A stretch of DNA of 11,101 nucleotides from Candidatus Enterousia sp. (GTDB taxonomy: Bacteria > Pseudomonadota > Alphaproteobacteria > Rs-D84): assembly GCA_045613785.1 (NCBI GenBank), contig JAZLBQ010000002.1, forward strand, positions 1 to 11,101, given 5' to 3'. The notes under the pieces are model-generated. The model saw nothing but the letters and a program-made list of their open reading frames with translations, did no database searches and was not told the DNA's origin. Numbering within the stretch: position 1 is the stretch's first letter; each line of letters opens with the position of its first letter. The position numbers and the translations under genes are program-made. Positions 1-6,416 of this stretch are shown piece by piece.

Positions 1-124
1 TGTTATGAAACTCACGCTGCTTCGGATACGGGTCGTAATATAAAAAACGCCGCCGCTCCTCGTCCCGAAGAGTCGCTAGTAAAGCACTTAAGTCTTGCTG
101 GCTAAACCCGTCTAGCTTCCTCAT
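1..124 (-). CDS. terL: Terminase large subunit, N-terminal 41 codons (runs off the left edge of the window)
   Basis: Manual translation from ATG at 124-122, which overlaps the upstream stop as ATGA: MRKLDGFSQQDLSALLATLRDEERRRFLYYDPYPKQREFHN. PYPKQREFH matches the adenine-binding Q-motif region that precedes Walker A in P22-gp2-like terminases (PYxKQREF). Not in the ORF track. Confidence 0.85.
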   Translation of the reverse strand, partial: MRKLDGFSQQDLSALLATLRDEERRRFLYYDPYPKQREFHN

Positions 125-729
125 AGGTCGTCCTCATGTATTGTGATTGGTTGAGGGGTTTGGATTGGTGTAGGGATAGAGATTGGTGTGGGTGTGGATG
201 GAGTAGAGGCGGGCGTGGATGCCGGAGTCGTTAATGCCGCTATCAGCTCCTTAATGCTCTCGTTGCTTAGGTGGCTTAGAGTCGCCTGTGTCTTACGATT
301 ACGAAGGCTGGTGCTTTTGGATGGATTGCTGTAATGTGCCTTTATCAGAGAATACTTCGATGTTGAGACTTTGTGCTCGTGAAGGTCGGTGGTACTTAAG
401 GACTCGTCTAAGTATTGCGATGATAACACCTCTTCTTCTACCTCAGTAAGCGTGTCTAGGAAACTGGAATCGCCATCACGCCGCCAAAAATAATATACAA
501 CACCCCATGGCGGTATGGACTGCGAGTATGTGTGGGGGAAGTATAGTGGTGGCTGATGGTTGGCACAACGCTTCGCATCCTCGTCAAACATCGTGTGAAG
601 GGGGAGACGGTGGGTGCTTATGAGGGATATATAAAAATCCATCAGCTCAGGTGTCTGTGGAGCCAGTAACGAATGGTCTCGATATAGTGAAAGACTGTCA
701 GCAGTCGGAATGGTCGGTGTCTTCTTCAT
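121..729 (-). CDS. terS: Probable terminase small subunit with a Pro/Thr/Ser-rich C-terminal tail; likely start is ATG 729, not TTG 765
   Basis: Directly upstream of terL and coupled to it by an ATGA overlap. The segment IPPWGVVYYFWRRDGDSSFLDTLTEVEEEVL loosely resembles the HTH-plus-helix core of Sf6-type TerS. The TTG at 765 coincides with the -35 hexamer, so the MKKTPT start at 729 is preferred. Confidence 0.65.
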   Translation of the reverse strand: MKKTPTIPTADSLSLYRDHSLLAPQTPELMDFYISLISTHRLPLHTMFDEDAKRCANHQPPLYFPHTYSQSIPPWGVVYYFWRRDGDSSFLDTLTEVEEEVLSSQYLDESLSTTDLHEHKVSTSKYSLIKAHYSNPSKSTSLRNRKTQATLSHLSNESIKELIAALTTPASTPASTPSTPTPISIPTPIQTPQPITIHEDDL

Positions 730-736
730 ACATAAA

Positions 737-765
737 ATAGTAATACCATCATCAGGACATGTCAA
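737..765 (-). promoter_or_regulatory. sigma70-type promoter for terS-terL
   Basis: Minus strand reads TTGACA (765-760), 17-nt spacer, TACTAT (742-737), with an A/T tract upstream. Only 7 nt separate the -10 from ATG 729. Confidence 0.75.
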
Positions 766-796
766 CCCTTTTTTAAAAACCCAGAGTGTTTGTCGA

Positions 797-869
797 GGGG
801 GGAGTTAGTGTGTGTGTGCCACCCCCCGTTTCCGGACCCGCCCCCCGTCAGCCCGTTGAAAAAAATTTC
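797..869. other. G/C-run element upstream of terS: candidate packaging site or genome terminus
   Basis: G6 (797-802), (TG)5, C6 (822-827), C3, C6 (841-846), C3, then AAAAAAATTT, between divergent promoters. Base composition and k-mer usage change here. Confidence 0.45.
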
Positions 870-897
870 TTGCTATCGTATTGGCATGTGGTACACT
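870..897 (+). promoter_or_regulatory. Early promoter P1 (extended -10)
   Basis: TTGCTA (870-875), 16 nt, TACACT (892-897) with TG at 889-890, and an A-tract upstream. Followed by hairpin CCAGTG-ACAA-CACTGG (909-924). Confidence 0.6.
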
Positions 898-955
898 ACG
901 ACCATAACCCAGTGACAACACTGGCACATTAACAGACTAACAAAGGACTACGACT

Positions 956-1255
956 ATGAGTAAAATTGACACTATGTCAGCAATCAGATTCAGAACAGGA
1001 CAACCATACCACAACACTAATACACAAGTGACAGTCAGCGACAATGGCGAATCACGACTATTCTTATGGGGCAACCTAATCGCATGGACAAGCGACAACC
1101 GCAGTAAATTACACGTCAATCAATGTGGTTGGGATACAACGACCACCAACAGCAGATTAAGAGCCTTGGGAGTGGACATCTGCCACAAGCGGACCAAGTT
1201 ATACATTAACGGACAGCCTGCGGACAGTGAAACAACTTATACAATGGCATACTAA
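956..1255 (+). CDS. Small early phage protein of unknown function (99 aa)
   Basis: AAAGGA RBS, upstream promoter and downstream terminator. The pattern L-x-GNLIA...GW-x-T-x-TT-x-SRL-x-AL resembles, from memory, a recurrent phage hypothetical family. Confidence 0.85.
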   Translation: MSKIDTMSAIRFRTGQPYHNTNTQVTVSDNGESRLFLWGNLIAWTSDNRSKLHVNQCGWDTTTTNSRLRALGVDICHKRTKLYINGQPADSETTYTMAY

Positions 1256-1524
1256 CCAGCGACAACGCATGCAGGGCGATTTTTGCCCTGCTTTTTTTAA
1301 CACTAACAAAGGACCTAACGACCATGAGCAAGCGACACACGTACATACAGCATACAACGCATGCGAGAGCCTGCACACGTCACACATGGACAGCGATAGC
1401 GACAGAGATACAACCGAGCCAGCGGACAGCGATACCAGCGACAGCCAAGCGATTAAATCAATGGACATATTACAGTGTGAGCGACAACGGCTTAACACTA
1501 CACACATGGCGACTACAACAGCGA
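1037..1524 (+). repeat. Cluster of 11 same-strand AGCGAY hexamers
   Basis: Copies start at 1037, 1091, 1258, 1331, 1392, 1398, 1428, 1437, 1448, 1480 and 1520. Plus-strand AGCGA seen elsewhere in the window is followed by a purine. Confidence 0.6.
1271..1298 (+). terminator. Intrinsic terminator after the first early gene
   Basis: GCAGGGCGA-TTT-TTGCCCTGC followed by T7. Confidence 0.85.
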
Positions 1525-1533
1525 TTTTATTAA
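1324..1533 (+). CDS. Small basic ORF (69 aa), possibly a decayed relative of the 956-1255 gene
   Basis: Carries the same leader/RBS repeat and shares VSDNG and short DNA blocks with gene 956. The sequence is low-complexity and lies just after a terminator with no clear promoter. Confidence 0.4.
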   Translation: MSKRHTYIQHTTHARACTRHTWTAIATEIQPSQRTAIPATAKRLNQWTYYSVSDNGLTLHTWRLQQRFY

Positions 1534-1539
1534 AAACCC

Positions 1540-1687
1540 AGTATTTTCAATGACTTATTACTAACTGACCCCGATACTAACAAATACGGGTACGCATTGC
1601 CGCACCAAAAATCAAGTAAATTCAATGACTTATCAAATATCAATTTTTTGTCAACATTGAAAAAATAAAGTAAAAACAATGAGTTAT
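1540..1687 (+). repeat. Three direct 19-bp repeats AGTAwwwwCAATGA(C/G)TTAT
   Basis: AGTATTTTCAATGACTTAT (1540-1558), AGTAAATTCAATGACTTAT (1615-1633), AGTAAAAACAATGAGTTAT (1669-1687); offsets are 75 and 54 bp. Confidence 0.85.
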
Positions 1688-1745
1688 TGCGGTTTTCAGA
1701 CCCCAAAAGTTGACAAAATCAAAAAAATGGCGGAAATCGGGCATT

Positions 1746-1908
1746 TGCGTAGACTTCCACATATAGATATATATACATATACATAATGAAAAGAAAATCA
1801 ATCACACATTTTTTAAATATATATATAGATACCCCCCAAGTCTATTTGGGGAAGTCTACGCAGTTGGCTGTTTTCTGGGAAAATATCTATATGGGTAAAT
1901 CTACGCAC
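1746..1908. other. Candidate replication-origin core: 13-bp inverted repeat flanking (AT)n tracts
   Basis: TGCGTAGACTTCC (1746-1758) and GGAAGTCTACGCA (1850-1862) are perfect reverse complements enclosing alternating-AT tracts (about 1761-1786 and 1810-1831). A third partial copy, AAATCTACGCA, is at 1897-1907. Confidence 0.55.
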
Positions 1909-1936
1909 TTGACATTTTAATAAAAAAATATATACT
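1909..1936 (+). promoter_or_regulatory. Early promoter P2
   Basis: TTGACA (1909-1914), 16 nt, TATACT (1931-1936). Followed by CATAACC, as at P1, and by hairpin ACCCT...AGGGT (1950-1970). Confidence 0.75.
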
Positions 1937-2000
1937 TTATGACATAACCACCCTTATAATATAACAGGGTACACAACACTAACATAAAGGACTAACGACT

Positions 2001-2285
2001 ATGCAATGGAAAACTACATTTTGGCAAGATTTTAGTATTGCCGATATATTTGGCATTAACGCAATCAGAGACACATACAATACATGCTATAACCAATACA
2101 AGGACAACACCGAATACGTCACAGAGTTGGTTATAGTATTGAATCACAAGATTTGGCAACACTACGAGAAAAACAATCATGCCGTTGCCAAGGTATATGA
2201 CGAGTTATGGCGAGAGTTGCACGACTATTGCTTGAACACATTAAAGGGCGATGACTTGCGTTATTACATACAAACAACAGATTAA
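2001..2285 (+). CDS. Small helical phage protein of unknown function (94 aa)
   Basis: Strong RBS and promoter. The pattern TTFWxDFSIADxFG...TELVxVLNHKIWQHYE...YxxTD resembles, from memory, a family common in gut phages. Confidence 0.9.
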   Translation: MQWKTTFWQDFSIADIFGINAIRDTYNTCYNQYKDNTEYVTELVIVLNHKIWQHYEKNNHAVAKVYDELWRELHDYCLNTLKGDDLRYYIQTTD

Positions 2286-2302
2286 CCAAAGGACAGTAAA
2301 CT

Positions 2303-2950
2303 ATGTATATTGCTTATGATTATGAGACAGGCGATATTATTGCACAAAGCCCCACGATAATGGGGCTTTCACAAAAAGTAAATATCAACAGAAAAACGAT
2401 TGCTACACACATATCAAAAAACACTAACAGAGAGTTATACCCGATGACATATATGGGTAAAATTTGCTTTATAAATGACAAGTGTACAGAAATCATGACT
2501 AAATTGCCCGATGACGAGTTTGAGCCAGAGATTTTTCACGTATATAAAGCCAGTACAGGCGAGTATATTTGTCCATGTACATTGCAGGCATTATGCGACA
2601 GACTTGATATAAGTGTGAAAGCAGGGGTTGCAAAGTCAGTTGATAACTATGTATTGACTAAATATAATATATTTTTATCACGCACACAGGCGGAAAGTTT
2701 GCCACCAAAGAAATCAGTATATGAGATATTTACTGATGACAATAATTTAGTGTTAAGTACGTTCCACCCAGATAATTATAAGTACTGGAAACCAGTAAAT
2801 ATGACGTTCTACCCGAATCCATATAAACCAAATCATTATATGGTAAAATTGCCTTATGATTTTGATAATTTGCCACCAAAGCACAGGTTGCCAGTGATTG
2901 ACTATTTAGAACGACCAGAAAATATTTTACTTGACAGTGATGATGACTGA
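2303..2950 (+). CDS. NUMOD1/IENR1-like repeat DNA-binding protein with no visible nuclease domain
   Basis: The N-terminus YIAYDYETGDIIAQSPTIMGLSQKVNINRKTI and the internal FHVYKASTGEYICPCTLQALCDRLDIS fit the NUMOD1 beta-hairpin plus HTH pattern. AAAGGAC RBS. Confidence 0.65.
   Translation: MYIAYDYETGDIIAQSPTIMGLSQKVNINRKTIATHISKNTNRELYPMTYMGKICFINDKCTEIMTKLPDDEFEPEIFHVYKASTGEYICPCTLQALCDRLDISVKAGVAKSVDNYVLTKYNIFLSRTQAESLPPKKSVYEIFTDDNNLVLSTFHPDNYKYWKPVNMTFYPNPYKPNHYMVKLPYDFDNLPPKHRLPVIDYLERPENILLDSDDD
2346..2369 (+). other. Perfect 9-bp hairpin inside the 5' end of the CDS; possible weak terminator or processing site
   Basis: AAAGCCCCA-CGATAA-TGGGGCTTT. Confidence 0.4.
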
Positions 2951-2959
2951 TAGTATTAT
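2931..2959 (+). promoter_or_regulatory. Early promoter P3 for the MoxR-VWA operon
   Basis: TTGACA (2931-2936), 17 nt, TATTAT (2954-2959). Followed by hairpin CCTGCC-AACA-GGCAGG (2971-2986). Confidence 0.75.
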
Positions 2960-3015
2960 ACCACCAAGCCCCTGCCAACAGGCAGGAAATTAAACAAAAC
3001 ATGAAAGGACTTTAC

Positions 3016-3828
3016 ATGACTAACAAAGAGTTGTACAAAAAGTACATTAAAAACAATATTCCATTACTTTTAATAGGTAAATCGGGTACAGGTAAATCAG
3101 AAATTATTAAATCTATTGCAAGCGAGTTAAATATGCCAGTGGTTGACTTGCGTATGTCACAGTTGCCACCAGAGGACTTAAATGGTTTGCCAGCCCCGAC
3201 AGAGGACAAAAAAGCATTTACATATCTGTTGCCAGAGTGGTTTTATAAATTCCAGCCAGACACACCATTTGTGTTGTTTTTAGATGAAATCAACCAAGCC
3301 ACACCAAATACAATTAACGCATTGTATGCGTTGGTACATGATAAAATGTTGGCAGGGCGAGTAAACCCAAATATGCGAGTAGTTGCCGCAGGCAATTTGA
3401 TAGATGAATCAGACTACTTAAATGAATTGCCAAAACCATTGCTGAATCGTTTTGTGGTAAAAGCACACGAGGCAAAGGCAAAAGAGGTTATAGATTATTT
3501 GTCAGAAAAATACAAAGACAATGAAAAAGCACAACGAATCTTGAAAGCGGTACAGAAATTAGATTGGTTGGAAAACATGAACCCACGAGCATTAGAACGT
3601 TGTATAAAAATCTTGACTGTACATAAAATCAAGGACAAAGATGAGATATTGTGCCAAGCAAACGGCAATGAGGGTTTGGCAAGTATTATTATAGACAGTT
3701 TGTCAGACAAAGAGCCAGAAACATGCGATGAAACCTCAACAGAGGAATTGATTAACGCAGTGAAAAATGGCAAAGCGGTTGAAATGATAACAGAGGAAAT
3801 AAAGGAGTTATTAAATGACAAAAACTAA
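3016..3828 (+). CDS. MoxR-family AAA+ ATPase
   Basis: Walker A GKSGTGKS, DLRMSQ..PEDLNGLP, Walker B LFLDEIN, sensor I AAGN, arginine finger LLNRF. Start moved to ATG 3016, which follows AAAGGAC at 3004-3010. Confidence 0.9.
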   Translation: MTNKELYKKYIKNNIPLLLIGKSGTGKSEIIKSIASELNMPVVDLRMSQLPPEDLNGLPAPTEDKKAFTYLLPEWFYKFQPDTPFVLFLDEINQATPNTINALYALVHDKMLAGRVNPNMRVVAAGNLIDESDYLNELPKPLLNRFVVKAHEAKAKEVIDYLSEKYKDNEKAQRILKAVQKLDWLENMNPRALERCIKILTVHKIKDKDEILCQANGNEGLASIIIDSLSDKEPETCDETSTEELINAVKNGKAVEMITEEIKELLNDKN

Positions 3829-4336
3829 TAAATGGTATGTTATCAAAGTTGATGACAGATATGTACACGATATTACACTAGACATTGAAAACACCCGATT
3901 TGAAATTGAGGGTACAGCCGACAAAGATGATATTAAACACGCAAGGTTGTTTGATTCCGAGGGCAGAAAAATAAAACTGTTAGGACTAGGGTTAATATCT
4001 GATAAAAATACGACAATACAGTCTTTTTCTGTTGACGTTCGCACTGAAATTGTGGACAAGTCTGATGACTATGTATTCCAGTGTGAAACCAAAGGCGGAA
4101 AAAAGATATATTTTAGCAGATTCCACAAAGAACATGGTATTGGCATGACTAAACCAGAGTTAGAACAAGACATTGCGTTGGCACAAGCCATGGTCTGCGA
4201 TGAAACACAAATAATAGCATTGCAGAATCTGTTTGCCGACATGGAAAGCAAGGACATATTAAATGATGACTTGCAAGGGGCAACATGGACAGCAATACCA
4301 GTAAAAAAGACTTTTGAAAACATAAAAGAAATATAA
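3815..4336 (+). CDS. Hypothetical protein (173 aa) between the AAA and VWA genes
   Basis: AAAGGAG RBS at 3801-3807; start overlaps the end of the AAA gene; no recognised motif. Confidence 0.85.
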   Translation: MTKTNKWYVIKVDDRYVHDITLDIENTRFEIEGTADKDDIKHARLFDSEGRKIKLLGLGLISDKNTTIQSFSVDVRTEIVDKSDDYVFQCETKGGKKIYFSRFHKEHGIGMTKPELEQDIALAQAMVCDETQIIALQNLFADMESKDILNDDLQGATWTAIPVKKTFENIKEI

Positions 4337-4342
4337 AAATCA

Positions 4343-4362
4343 GTGGGGTGGAAACACCCCAC
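4343..4362 (+). other. Intergenic GAAA-tetraloop hairpin (mRNA stability or processing element)
   Basis: GTGGGGTG-GAAA-CACCCCAC, with no U-tract on the plus strand. Confidence 0.6.
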
Positions 4363-4383
4363 AAGCACATGAAAGGACTAACA

Positions 4384-5688
4384 ATGACTAGAAAAAATTA
4401 TGGTATTATGGGGTACACAAAAAATCACAAAAACCCCAGCACAAACAGCAGTGTAAAATATCTTGCAGATTTATTTGATATAAAAGACAATACTAAAATT
4501 GAACAGATTTTAGAAAAAGAGTTTAATATCAGAGACAATTATGAAAAAGAAATGGTTGCAGAAACTGTAAAATCGGTTTTTTTGGAAAAACAGTTAGAAA
4601 AACACAATCGGGCTAGATTATGCCCCGAGGTAAATTTAACACCATACACAGATAATACAATCAGAGGTATTATAAAAACATATTTTCAAGAGCGAGACAG
4701 GGTTAGTGAAAATCGCAAAAACTATGAAAACAAAACAGCAGATGAACAAATAAAAGCAAGCAATGAATATTGGGGTTTTCATGACAAAAACAGTCAAGCA
4801 AGAGAAAAATACAGAAAAGTATTAAAACAGAGCAAAAAACGGCAACAGCAACAGCAATCATCAGCCAATAAGAATCAACAGCCTGCGTTGACACAAGCAG
4901 ACTTGAATAAAATGGTTGCTGAATCAAAGCAATCATTGCCAGATGACATGCAATTCCTTGAATCATATTTAGATGATGACTATACAAAACATGCAGTAAA
5001 AGAAATTGAATCGCACGCAGGTCGTGAAATATTCCCTATGCAAGGTCAAGGGAGGCACGAAACAATGGCAAAATTAAAGACTGATAAACAAGGCAAATAT
5101 GAATCTATTGGTTTGCACAAAGCATTGACAAAGATTTTAGATGACATATTAGGTCAGACAGAAATTCGGTCAGTAGAGCGAGGGTATAACAGACCAAGCC
5201 GATTTAGTCACTTTGTTAAAGGTTGTTTTTTGCCAGTGTACAAATCAAATAAACCACGCAAACGACCTGCGTTTTTCATTGATTCGTCAGGCAGTATGAG
5301 CATACGCAGGGGGCATTTTAATTGCATAACGTCTGCGATTGGGGCATTTTTGCGAGTACACCACAGACGAATCAGCGAATTGAGACCAAAGTATTATTCT
5401 TTCACTGGTGGTTTTGACGTAAAAGAAATTGACATTAAAAATCAGTTGCCTGTTGCATGCGGTGGAACAAGCACAAGATTTTTGTGCAATGTAAATAACA
5501 AAGAAAAGTCAATAATCATAACAGACGCAGAATTTGAAAACTATGAATTGGCAGAATTAAGACTGTGGGCAACGAATCACAGGACAGCCGATATTCATTG
5601 GATTACAAATAACAAAAGACATGCAGAGAGATTGAAAGGGGCATTAACAGGGTTTGGAAATCAAAAAGTGCATTATGCAGAATTTTAA
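4384..5688 (+). CDS. VWA (MIDAS) domain protein, probable partner of the MoxR ATPase
   Basis: C-terminal FFIDSSGSM (DxSxS), GGT and IIITDA, preceded by YNRPSR....LP, as in DUF2201-type VWA proteins. Central poly-Q linker. Start moved to ATG 4384, after AAAGGAC at 4372-4378. Confidence 0.88.
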   Translation: MTRKNYGIMGYTKNHKNPSTNSSVKYLADLFDIKDNTKIEQILEKEFNIRDNYEKEMVAETVKSVFLEKQLEKHNRARLCPEVNLTPYTDNTIRGIIKTYFQERDRVSENRKNYENKTADEQIKASNEYWGFHDKNSQAREKYRKVLKQSKKRQQQQQSSANKNQQPALTQADLNKMVAESKQSLPDDMQFLESYLDDDYTKHAVKEIESHAGREIFPMQGQGRHETMAKLKTDKQGKYESIGLHKALTKILDDILGQTEIRSVERGYNRPSRFSHFVKGCFLPVYKSNKPRKRPAFFIDSSGSMSIRRGHFNCITSAIGAFLRVHHRRISELRPKYYSFTGGFDVKEIDIKNQLPVACGGTSTRFLCNVNNKEKSIIITDAEFENYELAELRLWATNHRTADIHWITNNKRHAERLKGALTGFGNQKVHYAEF

Positions 5689-5705
5689 CAAAAGAGGTAA
5701 AAAAA

Positions 5706-5894
5706 ATGAATAGAATTTTATTTAATTTAGGCTGGTGGTTGGGTAGTCAAGTACGTTGCATTTGTTTTGTGCTTGTTATACTGATAATAAACTTATTTAA
5801 CCCATTGGCAACCATAAAAGCATTGGTTGACATTGGCAAATCGTCAGAAAAAGTATTAGAAACATTAAAAAAAAGAGGTAAAAACAATGACTAA
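5706..5894 (+). CDS. Small predicted membrane protein (62 aa)
   Basis: AGAGGT RBS; hydrophobic stretch CICFVLVILIINLF; basic C-terminus. Confidence 0.75.
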   Translation: MNRILFNLGWWLGSQVRCICFVLVILIINLFNPLATIKALVDIGKSSEKVLETLKKRGKNND

Positions 5895-6150
5895 AACAAA
5901 AGCACAGATTCAATCTGAATTAGATGACATGGCAAAACTTGCCATGTCTTATAAAAACATTGCACTAGATTGTTTGAAAAAAGAATCAACGCATGATGAA
6001 ATTTTGGGTATGTTGTGGTATATCGTTGCCTTGATTTTGTCACATGGTCACAGTTTTGTGGGGCATGCGTGTAGTGTAATAGCACTTGTAATCAGCATAC
6101 ATTATGCGATACAATCATGGAAAACATATAAGAAAAAAAGACAATTATGA
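5887..6150 (+). CDS. Small protein with two predicted transmembrane helices (87 aa)
   Basis: ILGMLWYIVALIL and ACSVIALVISIHYAI followed by a KKKR tail. Leader AAAAGAGGTAAAAA is shared with the previous gene. Confidence 0.8.
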   Translation: MTKTKAQIQSELDDMAKLAMSYKNIALDCLKKESTHDEILGMLWYIVALILSHGHSFVGHACSVIALVISIHYAIQSWKTYKKKRQL

Positions 6151-6416
6151 TAGAAATATATGATAGTGCAAACGATTATATTGCCAGTGTTGAATCTTAT
6201 GTGCAAGCCAGCAGATTAACAGGCGAGCAAGCCAGCACAGTACGCAATCGGTTAAACAACCCGATTGAGGGCAGATATAATTATTACACAAAGGACAATC
6301 GTGGTTATTTACTGCGGTTGTCTTTTACATTATACACACTAGCAAGGCAGACAGAATACCCGACACCACAGCAAATTGAAATCATCGGCAAAGCAGTAAG
6401 GGAATTATTAAAATGA
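6147..6416 (+). CDS. Single NUMOD1-like HTH DNA-binding protein (89 aa)
   Basis: MIEIYDSANDYIASVESYVQASRLTGEQASTVRNRL fits the NUMOD1/IENR1 pattern. ATGA coupling on both sides. Confidence 0.7.
   Translation: MIEIYDSANDYIASVESYVQASRLTGEQASTVRNRLNNPIEGRYNYYTKDNRGYLLRLSFTLYTLARQTEYPTPQQIEIIGKAVRELLK

Larger units (their letters stand above)
936..2003 (+). repeat. Three dispersed copies of a ~25-nt leader/RBS, (C)ACTAACA(TA)AAGGAC(C)TA(A)CGAC(T/C)ATG
   Basis: Copies at 936-958, 1301-1326 and 1977-2003, each ending in a start codon. The AAAGGAC core also precedes the starts at 2303, 3016 and 4384. Confidence 0.85.

Noticed and set aside
1199-1553. ORFs 1227-1553 (+) and 1199-1507 (-)
   Set aside because: Both cross the terminator, lack an RBS, and are explained by stop-poor repetitive sequence.
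1540-1687. Mini CRISPR array
   Set aside because: Repeats are only 19 bp with a variable core, gaps are unequal (56 and 35 nt), and there are no cas genes in view.
1687-1880. Host assignment from GCGGTTTTC / GGCGGAAATC / GGCTGTTTTC motifs or from the avoided restriction words
   Set aside because: Too degenerate and too widely distributed to support a host call without CRISPR-spacer or methylome matches.
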